Source of the DNA: a virus
Taxonomy: Duplodnaviria > Caudoviricetes
DNA: 64,000 bases
Reading direction: 5' to 3' (one strand)
Virus record (IMG/VR): IMGVR_UViG_3300029288_000080
Coordinates: 64,001-128,000 of that record
How positions within the stretch are numbered: position 1 is the first letter of the stretch; each line of letters starts with the position of its first letter. The notes beneath the pieces are model-generated. The model was not told the origin of the DNA. It ran no database searches and worked only from the letters and a program-made list of their open reading frames with translations. The position numbers and the translations under genes are program-made. This document shows, one piece after another, positions 19,060-29,241 of the stretch.

Positions 19060-19910
19060 TGCAATCCAAGTCTATGCTTCGAGGAACCCGCAGGGTTGCC
19101 GCGGCCCCCGAGATGCCCATTGAGTTTTTTAACGCGTACGTGGAAGCGGCGCTCTGGAGCACCACCGACAACTCCGACGAGCAAGGTGGTGAACCCCTGG
19201 ACCAGAACTACTCGGTTGACGACATTGCCGACGAGTCGTTGGCCGCGATGGAGCAGGATTGCCAGGCGTTCTGGCAGGCCAACCACGAGGACCTTGGGCA
19301 GTATCGTGACCCGCAGTACAGCGCCGCTGAACTTGGTGGCCATGATTTCTGGCTGACTCGGAATGGCCACGGCGCTGGTTTCTGGGATGGCGATTTGCCC
19401 GATGACGTAGGCAAGCGCCTGACCGAGGCCGCCAAGGCATTTGGAGAGGACGACCTGTATGTCGGGGACGACGGCAAGATCTACAACTCGGCTACGCCGC
19501 ACCAGTACAACGAAGCCCTTGACCAGCAGCCCGAGTGGGTCAGGGGTGCTGGAGTGCGCGGGGATAAGGCAGTAAACCGCTCTAAGAATAAGCGTATCGT
19601 TCAGACTATGGACGACATTAAAACAGCGTTGGTCCAGATTGGCTACACTCATCGGCAACAGGGTATCGCGGACCAGTACCAGCAAGAAGTGTCCGACGTT
19701 GACTCTGAGGTCAAACGGTTAACCACGGTGTTCAAGCAGCATGGACTGGTGGGGTTCCATAATCGGGAGGATGACCCTGCGGTCACGACTTGGCATTTCG
19801 ACAGTGCTGGTGCCCAGCGTGGATTTGGTGCCAAGGTCATGGTTTATAGCGATCAACCCAACCTGGTCCTGGTCAACGTCATGGATTCAAATTCGGTGAG
19901 GTCCTGGTAG
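19059..19910 (+). CDS. two-domain hypothetical protein with LRGTRRVA leader
   Basis: AAGGA RBS; phage-type motif YVEAALWS..GHDFWLTRNGHGAGFWD..LYVGDDG. Confidence 0.8.
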   Translation: MQSKSMLRGTRRVAAAPEMPIEFFNAYVEAALWSTTDNSDEQGGEPLDQNYSVDDIADESLAAMEQDCQAFWQANHEDLGQYRDPQYSAAELGGHDFWLTRNGHGAGFWDGDLPDDVGKRLTEAAKAFGEDDLYVGDDGKIYNSATPHQYNEALDQQPEWVRGAGVRGDKAVNRSKNKRIVQTMDDIKTALVQIGYTHRQQGIADQYQQEVSDVDSEVKRLTTVFKQHGLVGFHNREDDPAVTTWHFDSAGAQRGFGAKVMVYSDQPNLVLVNVMDSNSVRSW

Positions 19911-19913
19911 AAA

Positions 19914-20336
19914 ATGCCCCATTATAATCCACGGGCTGCGATCCACCCGGTGTACCCCAAGGTTGTGCCAGACGAGTTCAACCCCGGATACCACTCGGTC
20001 ATGACCCCTACCCACCATTACCGGAGTGTCCCCCAGGGCGACGTCCCGGTGCTGTTGCAGCATTTGCACGACATCGAAAACTATGACGGGCTTCCTACTG
20101 ATTTTAGGGTCCGGTACACCACGGGGACCGGGAGCAACGCGGCCGGCACCGAGTACGAACAGTGGCCCGGTGAACCCACCGAGGATGCCATCCGGGCCCA
20201 CGTGGGCGACGAGATCGATTGGCCTGGTGGCCGCGCCGAGGTCGTCGGGATTTACCGGGACATCGACGGTGACATTGACCAAGAAGGCAATGTCGCGTGG
20301 GTCACGTTTATCGTGCGGCCTGTGGGCCAGAGGTAG
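19914..20336 (+). CDS. hypothetical protein
   Basis: Tightly packed in the operon. Confidence 0.65.
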   Translation: MPHYNPRAAIHPVYPKVVPDEFNPGYHSVMTPTHHYRSVPQGDVPVLLQHLHDIENYDGLPTDFRVRYTTGTGSNAAGTEYEQWPGEPTEDAIRAHVGDEIDWPGGRAEVVGIYRDIDGDIDQEGNVAWVTFIVRPVGQR

Positions 20337-20339
20337 AAG

Positions 20340-20666
20340 ATGTCCAGGTTCAGGATTGCCCAGCCCGACCCCGACGCGATGCCGCTCCTGCAGGTGGGCG
20401 ACTCAGTCGGGACCCCAGAGGGTCAAGGGATTGTCGTCAATATCGCGCTGCAGATCGCCGACTACCAAGGGGACGTCCAGATCGATCCCCCGGCTATCCT
20501 GATCCAGTTGGAATCAGGGCAAACCCAGCAGTTTTGCCTGTGCGAACTGGACTTTGGGTCGGAAGAAATCAACGAAACGGTCGGGAAGGAATTTTCCCGC
20601 CTTTGGCCCCCGATCGACATGGATGTCCCGGATGCCGCTGTTGTCCTGGCGGCCCGGAAGGAATAG
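20340..20666 (+). CDS. hypothetical acidic protein (SH3/KOW-like beta pattern)
   Basis: GAGG RBS; LQVGDSVGTPEGQGIV. Confidence 0.65.
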   Translation: MSRFRIAQPDPDAMPLLQVGDSVGTPEGQGIVVNIALQIADYQGDVQIDPPAILIQLESGQTQQFCLCELDFGSEEINETVGKEFSRLWPPIDMDVPDAAVVLAARKE

Positions 20667-20668
20667 CG

Positions 20669-21805
20669 ATGCTCCCTGCAGTTGGAACCAAAATCAAGAC
20701 GCTCGAGGGTGTTGACCTCGGTGGTGGTGCTGTGGTCCAGCGGGTGGGTCCTGGTAAGACCACGCTCCTGTTGACCGACCAAAACCGTATCGTGACCTAC
20801 CGGGTGCCCGACGATATCGCGTGGGCCCCAGACGACCAACTTGACGCCACTGGGCTGGACGACACCGTCGTGGACGAGTCAGCTCAGGATTTCGGCCCTG
20901 CTACCAAACGGATCACCCGGCTCCCCAAGCAATGGGGGCCCGCAGACCCGAACCATTTTTCCCCGATGTCCGACGTGACCTGGCGACCCGAACAGTGGGA
21001 CCAGCGGTATCTCCGGCGCTGGTACAGCAAGGAAATCGAAATGCCCAAACAATCGGTTGACTATCTTCGTGGAACCCGCCGGACCGCTATCAAGGACACC
21101 ACCGCGGCCGATTCTCACGCAACCATGGACCTTGTTCAATGGGACCCTGAAGGTGCTGACCAGAAGCCTGCTGAACTGGAAGCTTTGGCCCTACAGTTCC
21201 GCCAGGACCTCGATGCCCTCACGATCGAGTGGCATCCCCAGTTCGGCCGGGGCAACAATGTCAGCCCCTCAGAGTTCATGCTGGTCTGGGGCCCTGACCA
21301 AGAGTTGGCTCCGGGTCAACAAGATGAACTCTGGCGCTTTATGGTCTCGGCCAAGATGTACGATGTCCGCGAGTATCAGGCGTGGAAACGACTGCGTTCC
21401 AGTGACCAGTGGCTCCGGAGTGAGTTGCCCAGGGCAGCCAGGACCGCCGACACCCTGGTGCAGCACCCTGGCCCCATGGAGATCGACGTCGAGGACTGGT
21501 TCGACGACATTGATCCTTGGGTAGACTGGCTGGCCCGCTTTGACTCGTTTGACCGTGCAGTCCAAGTGGCCCACAAGGTCGCGGCAGAAGAGGGAGCAGT
21601 GCTGGCCCGGGATGTCTTCCAGTACGCCCAGAAGGTCGTGCTGGACGCCAGGGACCGCTACCAGGAGGGCACTCTGGACCTGGACCCTGGCCAACTCGTC
21701 AGGCTCAACCAGTACCTTGCGGAGATGCACCTGGACCCCGTGGAAGGCCCTGACGAGACCCGTGGCCAGGACCTTGCTGACATCAGGCAGGTGTGGGGCA
21801 GGTGA
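20669..21805 (+). CDS. modular hypothetical protein; possible internal start at 21041 (LRGTRRTA leader)
   Basis: ATG 20669 follows the upstream stop; AAGGA RBS before in-frame ATG 21041. Confidence 0.7.
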   Translation: MLPAVGTKIKTLEGVDLGGGAVVQRVGPGKTTLLLTDQNRIVTYRVPDDIAWAPDDQLDATGLDDTVVDESAQDFGPATKRITRLPKQWGPADPNHFSPMSDVTWRPEQWDQRYLRRWYSKEIEMPKQSVDYLRGTRRTAIKDTTAADSHATMDLVQWDPEGADQKPAELEALALQFRQDLDALTIEWHPQFGRGNNVSPSEFMLVWGPDQELAPGQQDELWRFMVSAKMYDVREYQAWKRLRSSDQWLRSELPRAARTADTLVQHPGPMEIDVEDWFDDIDPWVDWLARFDSFDRAVQVAHKVAAEEGAVLARDVFQYAQKVVLDARDRYQEGTLDLDPGQLVRLNQYLAEMHLDPVEGPDETRGQDLADIRQVWGR

Positions 21806-23385
21806 TGTCCCAGATGCCCCAGCGAGGACGGGTCTGGCGGCGCCAGGAGGCCCTAGGACAGGGGCGCCAGCCTCGTCCGGAGTCTGGTCGCCTGGTCGCC
21901 CAGCACCTCGTCCTGGTCATCAGGGTGGCCAACGGCGTCGTCCACTACGCCGACTACACTGCCCATATCAAATCGCCCATCAGGGCTGCTTGGCATATGG
22001 ACCTGGACAGGTTCACGGTGTTGTACCAGTTTGACGCCAAGGCAACGAAGAACAGGACAGCCAGGCTGGCTGCTACCCCGGCGGTCCCGGCGGCTGACCC
22101 CGCCAACGTGGTGGACGCCCAAGGGCTCACGACCGACCCCAGGACCATCCCTTACTTGCCCATCGCCGACAAAGTCGTCAAGCAGTACAAAATCATCTCG
22201 ACCACTGGGTACCCTGTCAGGGCGGTAGTTGAAGGCGATGGCGTTGATCTGTTCTACCAGTTGGACCGGATGTCCAGCAAGAGTGCCACGCTTCAATTGG
22301 ATTTCAAGCAAGGGGCCCAGCAGCCCCAGGAAGTTATCTTCACGCTTCAGTGCGCCAAGCCCGAGCCTTTTGTGGCCCCGACGCCCAAGTGCACAATCCC
22401 ACAGTTGCTCACGGCCTTGGCGTCGTTGCAGCACTGTGCCACTAAGCCCAAATCAGCCAAATACACCAAAGACCAGATCGCCAAGGAGACCGCCAAGGCC
22501 CAGGTGGTCGATCTGCTGGTCGGGTTGCTCAACAGCAATCCTGGCCGTTGGGGTGAACTTCCGCAGAAACCCAAAGATCTGGTCGCGTGGCTATCCGAAA
22601 CCCCCGAGTCCATCAAACAGTTCAAAGATCTGATTGGTTTTCTCAAGACCGTGGGAGCGCAACGCTGGGCCGACATTCTGAAGCGGGTGCAGATCCGCCA
22701 GGCAGTCGGGACTCCAGTATTGCCTGCCATCGAGGCGTCGATCCTGCAGGTCATCCGGCATGAATGGAAGGGCGACGTTTCACTGGCCGGCCAATACGGG
22801 GTTGTACAAAACAATGCCGACGGCACCGTCCTGGTCCAGTTGTTTGGTGCCCCATACCCGACGTTTTTCGCCATGACGCCCCAAGGTAAAATTGCCGAAA
22901 TGAATGTGTCGCTGTGCGAGGGGGACTTCGCGACCAAGAACCCCCAAGTGATGCCCAGGCTCATCACGGCCGAGATTTCGCTGTTTGCGGCTCGCAAGGG
23001 AACCGCGGCCCCGGGCAAGAGCCCAGCGGCCCCCACTGACCTCAAGGCCCTGATGCCCCAGTTTGCCGACATGAAGCCCGAACAACTGCGTGCCCTGCTG
23101 GACAAGGGTGTGGTGGTCCAGCAGGACGCCAACAAGAATATGCTGATCCAGGTCAACCGGGGCAAGGACCCTGCCCCGGTGTTCACCCTGCAGGCCCCGA
23201 CCCGAAACGATACCTTGGCCGACCAGCAGGCTGCCCAGGCGGAATTGCAACTGGAGATCGCCCAGGCGGTTGAACAGGCCGGCACCCCCTACTACTTCAT
23301 GGTGCGGCCGACCCAGCAGGGCGAGCTTCGCGTCACGGTCCTGACCCCCGACAACCCTACCCCGATCCACAGTTTCAAACTTTAG
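21805..23385 (+). CDS. hypothetical protein
   Basis: TGATG coupling; 526 codons. Confidence 0.75.
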   Translation: MSQMPQRGRVWRRQEALGQGRQPRPESGRLVAQHLVLVIRVANGVVHYADYTAHIKSPIRAAWHMDLDRFTVLYQFDAKATKNRTARLAATPAVPAADPANVVDAQGLTTDPRTIPYLPIADKVVKQYKIISTTGYPVRAVVEGDGVDLFYQLDRMSSKSATLQLDFKQGAQQPQEVIFTLQCAKPEPFVAPTPKCTIPQLLTALASLQHCATKPKSAKYTKDQIAKETAKAQVVDLLVGLLNSNPGRWGELPQKPKDLVAWLSETPESIKQFKDLIGFLKTVGAQRWADILKRVQIRQAVGTPVLPAIEASILQVIRHEWKGDVSLAGQYGVVQNNADGTVLVQLFGAPYPTFFAMTPQGKIAEMNVSLCEGDFATKNPQVMPRLITAEISLFAARKGTAAPGKSPAAPTDLKALMPQFADMKPEQLRALLDKGVVVQQDANKNMLIQVNRGKDPAPVFTLQAPTRNDTLADQQAAQAELQLEIAQAVEQAGTPYYFMVRPTQQGELRVTVLTPDNPTPIHSFKL

Positions 23386-23418
23386 CGGCTAATCCTGGTG
23401 CTGCTGGCACCAGGCCAT

Positions 23419-23436
23419 CACGTTAATCTATAATGG
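23419..23436 (+). promoter_or_regulatory. putative phage late promoter flanked by hairpins
   Basis: CACGTTAATCTATAATGG; hairpins CCTGGTGC..GCACCAGG upstream and AAATCAGCCC..GGGCTGATTT downstream. Confidence 0.65.
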
Positions 23437-23503
23437 GAAATCAGCCCAGCTGGGCTGATTTTACGCTACAGTTTTGCTCTCCTGACCCATCGAGGAAATC
23501 CCC

Positions 23504-25186
23504 ATGTTGAAGGAAACGGTAATCTCCCGTGATGTCGCGACTGCGGCCCAGACACTTGACCACGATGTCGGCGCTGCAACCTACAGTCTTGCTCCTACGC
23601 TCGCGACCCAAGGATTCTACCTGCGCGCCGCGGCGGGAAGAAACTACGATGCGTATGAAATTACCGCGTCGTTCGCAGGCGGCGACGGAACTGCGGTGTG
23701 CACGGTTAGGCCCTGGTTTTGGGTACCAGCCCATGATCCCACCGGACTGGCCGGCGGCACCTGGATCGCGGGCAAATACATTGAAGGTATTTCGGCCGGG
23801 GCAATCGCGACCGACACGAGAGCACCTGCGCGGCGGCTAAATTCGGTGCCGGTGGCCGCTACGCGCTGCTATCTTCAAGTTGTAGCGATCACGGGTACGG
23901 CCCCGACCAACGTGTACATCACGTGCTATGGCTTGGAAGGCCCGGTCGCAACCGTCGACGCCGACGCTTTGGAAGTGGACATCGAGGGTGGCGACATTGA
24001 AATTGGTGCAGTGGAAATCAAAGACCACACCACCGACGAACGCGGCCATGTCAAAAAGGCCAACGCGGTCGTCGCGGTCGACGACACGGTCCAGATGGTC
24101 CAGATCCAGGGCCCCGATGGTCTTGCTACGCCGTCGGGTGCGTCATCGGCGGTACCAGTTTGGGTTGATCTGGCCCACGCGCCCGTCAGTGCTTTCACGC
24201 AGGCGACGCATAATAGCCCGGCCGATTTTGCCGCTGGGTTCACGAGCAACGTTTCGGTAACGTGCAGCGGGGCACCTTTCGTAATTTCGGATGCGAACTG
24301 CCGGATTGTGTATCTGTTGTACAAACCGGTGGCTGGGATTTGGTCGGCTCCATTGATCAACGGAGCCAATGGCGTGTCAATGACGTCGGCGGCCAACGTC
24401 ATTACCGTAGTGGGTGCTGGGACACCTTTCGCCGCCGGTGACATCTACTGGGTGGGGGTCCAGCAACGTGTTCCTGCTGCTGTCAGTGCGTTTGCGGAAG
24501 CGACTCACGTCTGTCCTTCCGATTTTTCGGCGGCGTTCGCGACCAACGTGACGGTTCTGTGCAGCGGGGCGCCCTTCACAATCGACAGTGCCGATAATCG
24601 CGTCGTATATTTGCTGTACCGGCCGGCGGCTGGAAACTGGTCGGCCCCATTGGTCAATGGGGCCAATGGAGTCTCGCTAACCGCCGCTGCCAATGTCATC
24701 ACGGTCACGGGAGCGGGCACGCCGTTCGCCGCTGGCGATACCTATTGGATCGGGGTCCAGGCACAGGAGAAGGGATTCAGTTCCGCAGGTAACTATAACA
24801 ATGTTACAGAGGTCAGTCCGATCAATTTAGTGCCGATCACCGAGACACTCATAAACTCGACCAATGTGGCGGCAGCCACGGTTCAGCTCCCGAGTGCCAG
24901 TGGCATGTCGATGCTCGGTTTTTCTGGTCTAAGCATTTCCGGCCAGTTGATCGACGTGAGTTCCTTGATCGTCGAGGTCACCGACGACGATTCTGGAACC
25001 CTATGGCACCAGGTCTATTTCTATGATTGCGTCAACAATCTCGTCACCAATATCATCACGGCCACAGGCATCACGGTCAACTTTGCCATCAGCGTCGACA
25101 ACTGCAATTTTCATTCGGTGCGGGTCACGTACGTGACCCCCGACGCAACAAATACCCTGAACGTGCGCTGCCGCAGGATTTATTAA
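23504..25186 (+). CDS. beta-rich virion structural protein with a tandem ~95-aa repeat
   Basis: Two VSAF..ATH..P.DF.A.F..NV.V.CSGAPF..NGANGVS..GAGTPFAAGD.YW.GVQ units. Confidence 0.7.
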   Translation: MLKETVISRDVATAAQTLDHDVGAATYSLAPTLATQGFYLRAAAGRNYDAYEITASFAGGDGTAVCTVRPWFWVPAHDPTGLAGGTWIAGKYIEGISAGAIATDTRAPARRLNSVPVAATRCYLQVVAITGTAPTNVYITCYGLEGPVATVDADALEVDIEGGDIEIGAVEIKDHTTDERGHVKKANAVVAVDDTVQMVQIQGPDGLATPSGASSAVPVWVDLAHAPVSAFTQATHNSPADFAAGFTSNVSVTCSGAPFVISDANCRIVYLLYKPVAGIWSAPLINGANGVSMTSAANVITVVGAGTPFAAGDIYWVGVQQRVPAAVSAFAEATHVCPSDFSAAFATNVTVLCSGAPFTIDSADNRVVYLLYRPAAGNWSAPLVNGANGVSLTAAANVITVTGAGTPFAAGDTYWIGVQAQEKGFSSAGNYNNVTEVSPINLVPITETLINSTNVAAATVQLPSASGMSMLGFSGLSISGQLIDVSSLIVEVTDDDSGTLWHQVYFYDCVNNLVTNIITATGITVNFAISVDNCNFHSVRVTYVTPDATNTLNVRCRRIY

Positions 25187-25198
25187 AGGAGCACCAAG

Positions 25199-25600
25199 AT
25201 GCAATTCTGTCTGTACAAAGATCGTTTTGTTGAGTTTAACCTGGACTTCACCCAGGCGGCCGGCGCCAGCTATGACGCCTGCACGGCTTCAGGCGACGTC
25301 ATGGTGTTGGGCTGCAACGTATACGTTGAAATTCCCGGCGGCGGAGATTTGACCTCAATTTCCGTTCAGAGCACGGCCACGACCCCCATGGTTCTGCTCA
25401 CGGCCGGCGAAGGCATTACCGCGAATCTCCTGGCCCAGAGCCATCCAGCCGCCGCGTGCCAAGCCTGGATTGCGCCCTGGACCCTTCGGTCCGGCCACAA
25501 GATCCAGTACACCATCACGGCGGCAGGGGCAGCCCATACGGGCTCGGGCAAACTCATTGTTCACTGGGCTCCAATCTCTGCCGGAGCAGTGTTGACTTAG
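25199..25600 (+). CDS. small beta-rich structural protein
   Basis: AAGGAG RBS; Ala/Gly/Thr-rich. Confidence 0.65.
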   Translation: MQFCLYKDRFVEFNLDFTQAAGASYDACTASGDVMVLGCNVYVEIPGGGDLTSISVQSTATTPMVLLTAGEGITANLLAQSHPAAACQAWIAPWTLRSGHKIQYTITAAGAAHTGSGKLIVHWAPISAGAVLT

Positions 25601-25602
25601 CC

Positions 25603-26151
25603 ATGCCGATGCTACCTGAAACCGAACTCAAGAAAATTGATCTCGCCGGCACCCAGGGGCTGACCGGCACGGTCGATTCCTTGGCCTATCGGGTCCAAGA
25701 GGTCGAGCACCATTTCCACAGCGCCAACCTGTGCTACGGCAAGGCCGCGGGCGACAACATGCTGCTCGATTCATTGGTGCCGTTTGTTGCCACGGCGGGG
25801 GCCATCGGGGTCTATGGGGTCGAGACCCTGTGCCACGACGGCACCGTCGTGCAGGGCGGCTCTGCCGTCCAGAAAATGGACTTCGGCCGGATCGTTGTGC
25901 TATCCAGCACCGCGGCGGCCGGCGCACTCTACATCCTGCAGTTCCTCCACGGCACCGCTGACATCGGGACCGCCGAGATCGCGACCTCCATGTACTATGT
26001 GGTCCCTGGGGTCGGGATGCAGAAATCGAGCGGCATTGTGATCTCGGTGCCGAGAATGCCGTGCAACCACAAGATTTGGGCCAAGACGAAATGCAGCGCC
26101 GCAGGTGAAACCATTTCATTCCTGTTCGACATCCACGTGTACCCCGGGTAG
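25603..26151 (+). CDS. beta-rich structural protein
   Basis: ATG just after the upstream stop. Confidence 0.65.
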   Translation: MPMLPETELKKIDLAGTQGLTGTVDSLAYRVQEVEHHFHSANLCYGKAAGDNMLLDSLVPFVATAGAIGVYGVETLCHDGTVVQGGSAVQKMDFGRIVVLSSTAAAGALYILQFLHGTADIGTAEIATSMYYVVPGVGMQKSSGIVISVPRMPCNHKIWAKTKCSAAGETISFLFDIHVYPG

Positions 26152-26155
26152 CACC

Positions 26156-26332
26156 ATGGACCTAACTGACCGCATAGTTGACTTCCTGGTGGAAGAGCAC
26201 CGCGACGGTAAGCTGACTCCCGAGCAGGTCGATAAAATAGTGCGGGCGTTCTGTCCTGGAGCGACCACGCGGGATTCCAGTACTGCCACGACGATCAAGA
26301 TGGCCATTATGAAAGACCACGACTGCCCCTAG
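26156..26332 (+). CDS. small hypothetical protein
   Basis: ATG 4 nt after the upstream stop. Confidence 0.45.
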   Translation: MDLTDRIVDFLVEEHRDGKLTPEQVDKIVRAFCPGATTRDSSTATTIKMAIMKDHDCP

Positions 26333-26419
26333 CTCCACGTTGATTTTCTTTTCCTGCCTGACCTGTTAACCTTAATCTTTATTAGGTATCGTTTACTGAG
26401 CCTTGACCCAGGGATGTAG

Positions 26420-27145
26420 ATGCTGAATCCGATTCCATCTGGACCCAAGCGATCTGGTGTGTACCAGATTGTGAACCGCGTGAACCACAAGGTTTATGTC
26501 GGGAGTTCGCACGAAATAAGCTATCGGTGGAAGCAACACCGAAAAGCTTTGGTTTCTGGCACACATCATTGTCGTCATTTACAGCACGCGTGGAACCTAT
26601 ACGGAGCCGACACGTTTGAGTTTGAGGTTGTTGAGCACTGCACAGAGGAACAGTTACTATCCAGGGAGCAAGTCTGGCTCGACGCCGCTGTGGCGCAGGG
26701 CATTGCGTATAATGTCTGCCCGGTAGCGACTTCCCCACTTGGTGTAGTTCGATCTGACGAATTTAAAGAAAAATGCACGACATTATGTTGGGGAACCAAC
26801 GATCCAAGGGCGCGATGCGCTCCCCTGAAACCAGAGCCCTGATGAGTGCCGCGGCAACGGGTCGTGTGGCTTCTCCCGAGACCCTGGCGAAGTTGAGCCG
26901 AGTCCCACAAGGGGATCGTGCCTTCCGAGGAAACCCGAGAGAAGCACCGCGTCAACATGTTGGGTAACAAGCATCGACTCGGACAGAGCCCATCCGAGGA
27001 AACCAAAGTCAAGATGGCAGAAGCTCATCGTGGCAATCAGAACGCCAAGGGCAAGCATTGGAATCTGTCGGAAGGAACCAAGGAGCGAATGAAAGCTGCT
27101 TGGTCCAGACGGAAAGCTAAAGCAGCGGAGACAGTTAATGCGTAA
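26420..27145 (+). pseudogene. GIY-YIG homing endonuclease with NUMOD3 repeats, two frameshifts
   Basis: SGVYQI..VYVGSS..RW.QH; NUMOD3-like SPETRALMS, SEETREKH, SEETKVKMA split across ORFs 26420, 26773 and 26918; shifts in homopolymers near 26772 and 26905. Confidence 0.85.
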
Positions 27146-28430
27146 TCTTAGACCCGCAGAGCTGGCAAGAGGCTTAGTGCTGGAATATCGTACAGAAAAT
27201 CCTGGCGATATTTCTCGTTTGGGAGGTACATCGGCGGGGACTACTAGATGGGATCAAGATAAGGGTGAATATTTTAATGGTACAGACCATTATGTCACAC
27301 TGAAACCAAGCGAACAGATATTTTCGTCGGGGTTCTGGTCTTGTGTGATTGAGTTTACGCCTAATTTTGATTTAGATGAAGGCGTCCAGCGTTCGTGGTT
27401 TATGGATAACAGTACAAATGTTTCGTTTGTTAAAAACAGTGTTGGCAGTTTGATTTTTACGGTCAATACTGCGTCGGTAACTGTAACGCTTGCAAACTAT
27501 AGATCATATTGGAATTCATCCGGAAGAAACGTAATTGCGCTTGCGTACAGAAACAACGCGCAAACTATGTGGCTAAATGGCGTCCAAATCGGAACGGGAG
27601 CCGGTGCCAATGCGTCATATTCACTTTCCACATCATATGCTGTTGGTGCAAGAACCACCGGAACATTCAAGTTCTCCGGTTACATTCATTCCATCAAGTT
27701 CTTCAAACACGCGACAGCCGGAGAATTACTTACAGCCCAGGAAGCTGCTGATTTTTTCACGCGCGCGACCTACCGGTTCCGTGAACATGCAACTTGTATA
27801 CTTCCTTTTTCCGCCGCAACCCATGACGCTACTAATAATCGAACTTTAGACGTTAGTGGGAAAGGTAATCACTTTCGATTTGGCGACGGTTCCCTGGTAA
27901 CAACTTTCCCAACGAAGTTAGCGACCAGGGGATATAGTTTTGATGCGGGTGGTTCTTTGCAGCGTTTGAATGACTTTGGCATCAATGGAAGCGACTTTAC
28001 TGTTTGCATGTTGTACAAAAAAAATACGGATGTAACTGCATATGAATGGTACAACAGAAATATACTTGGTACAACTGGTTTAGGGCAATATTATGCCGCG
28101 GCATCTTATAGAACATTACACAACAACGGGTCCGCGTCAGACATCATTAGTGGCGTATCATATTCAAGCAGCCTTAGATTTTGGACTACAGCTTATGTAG
28201 CATCGACATCCAAGGCAGATATATATCTAAATGCAAAATTTGTGGAACAATCCCCAGCGCTTCAAGTAGCCAACGGGTATGGGTATGGGTTTCTTCTTGG
28301 TAATAGTACTGACCATGCGTCTGGTTTGAATGGTTCCATCTTCTATTTTTCCCTATACCCATTCGCGCTTACGCCACTTCAGATAAAAGCTGAATATCAG
28401 TATGCTGTTTCCGGAATAAACAAGGTATAG
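27138..28430 (+). CDS. LamG/concanavalin-A-like domain virion protein (fibre/appendage)
   Basis: MWLNGVQ..VGAR..FSGYIHSIKFF and DIYLNA..NGSIFYFSLYPFALT LamG-type endings; AT-rich. Confidence 0.75.
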   Translation: MRNLRPAELARGLVLEYRTENPGDISRLGGTSAGTTRWDQDKGEYFNGTDHYVTLKPSEQIFSSGFWSCVIEFTPNFDLDEGVQRSWFMDNSTNVSFVKNSVGSLIFTVNTASVTVTLANYRSYWNSSGRNVIALAYRNNAQTMWLNGVQIGTGAGANASYSLSTSYAVGARTTGTFKFSGYIHSIKFFKHATAGELLTAQEAADFFTRATYRFREHATCILPFSAATHDATNNRTLDVSGKGNHFRFGDGSLVTTFPTKLATRGYSFDAGGSLQRLNDFGINGSDFTVCMLYKKNTDVTAYEWYNRNILGTTGLGQYYAAASYRTLHNNGSASDIISGVSYSSSLRFWTTAYVASTSKADIYLNAKFVEQSPALQVANGYGYGFLLGNSTDHASGLNGSIFYFSLYPFALTPLQIKAEYQYAVSGINKV

Positions 28431-28581
28431 AAATGAATACCCTAATCAAAAGTGTAGGTTTCTTTGGTTCACTACGTTCACGGGTATCTTCGGCCGCCGA
28501 AAAAAATTTTCGGGCGGCTAAGAAAAAGGTAGCAGCATAATGGTCTTGTTGGTGTGTAAAACGATTGTCTGAGGCCGCACC

Positions 28582-29241
28582 ATGGAAACCAGCACCGTCA
28601 AATCCGGCATCTACCAGATTGTCAACAAGGTAAACGGCAAGGTTTATGTCGGGAGTGCCGTTAATATCAACGAACGCTGGTACGAACATAGGCGTACTCT
28701 AAATAAGGGCACGCATGCAAACGTGTACCTTCAGCGCTCTTGGTGTGAACACGGAGCGGATGCTTTTGTGTTTGAAATAGTTGAAATAGTTGCAGATGCG
28801 CAAGATTTAATTGCACGGGAACAATTTTGGTTGGATCGACAGTGTGTGGTAAGCCACGGATACAATATTTGCCGTATTGCTGGGTCCACGCTGGGTAAGG
28901 CACACTCGGAAGAAACAAAAAACAAAATAAGCACTGCGTTAACAGGTAAGTCGCTTCCTTCGGAGACACGCGCCAAGATTAGCGCCGCGAAGAAAGGACA
29001 TAAGTTTGGTCCTATGTCTGAGGAGCATAAAGCACGCATAAGCACATCCAAAAAAGGGAAACCAGTAGCCACCAAAGAACAGCACGCTACACTAGCAAAC
29101 AGATTCATAGAACTGAATAAGGCGCGCATTGGTGTTCCTTTGTCCGAAGAGCACAGGGCTAAGATAAAAAACAGCGTCACTGTTGCGCGAGCACTTCGGT
29201 CGGCGGGGCAAATCCTTACCACCGATAAAAGCGAGGAATGA
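28582..29241 (+). CDS. GIY-YIG homing endonuclease with NUMOD3 repeats
   Basis: SGIYQI..KVYVGSA..ERW.EH; HSEETKNKIS, SETRAKIS, SEEHKARIS. Confidence 0.92.
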   Translation: METSTVKSGIYQIVNKVNGKVYVGSAVNINERWYEHRRTLNKGTHANVYLQRSWCEHGADAFVFEIVEIVADAQDLIAREQFWLDRQCVVSHGYNICRIAGSTLGKAHSEETKNKISTALTGKSLPSETRAKISAAKKGHKFGPMSEEHKARISTSKKGKPVATKEQHATLANRFIELNKARIGVPLSEEHRAKIKNSVTVARALRSAGQILTTDKSEE

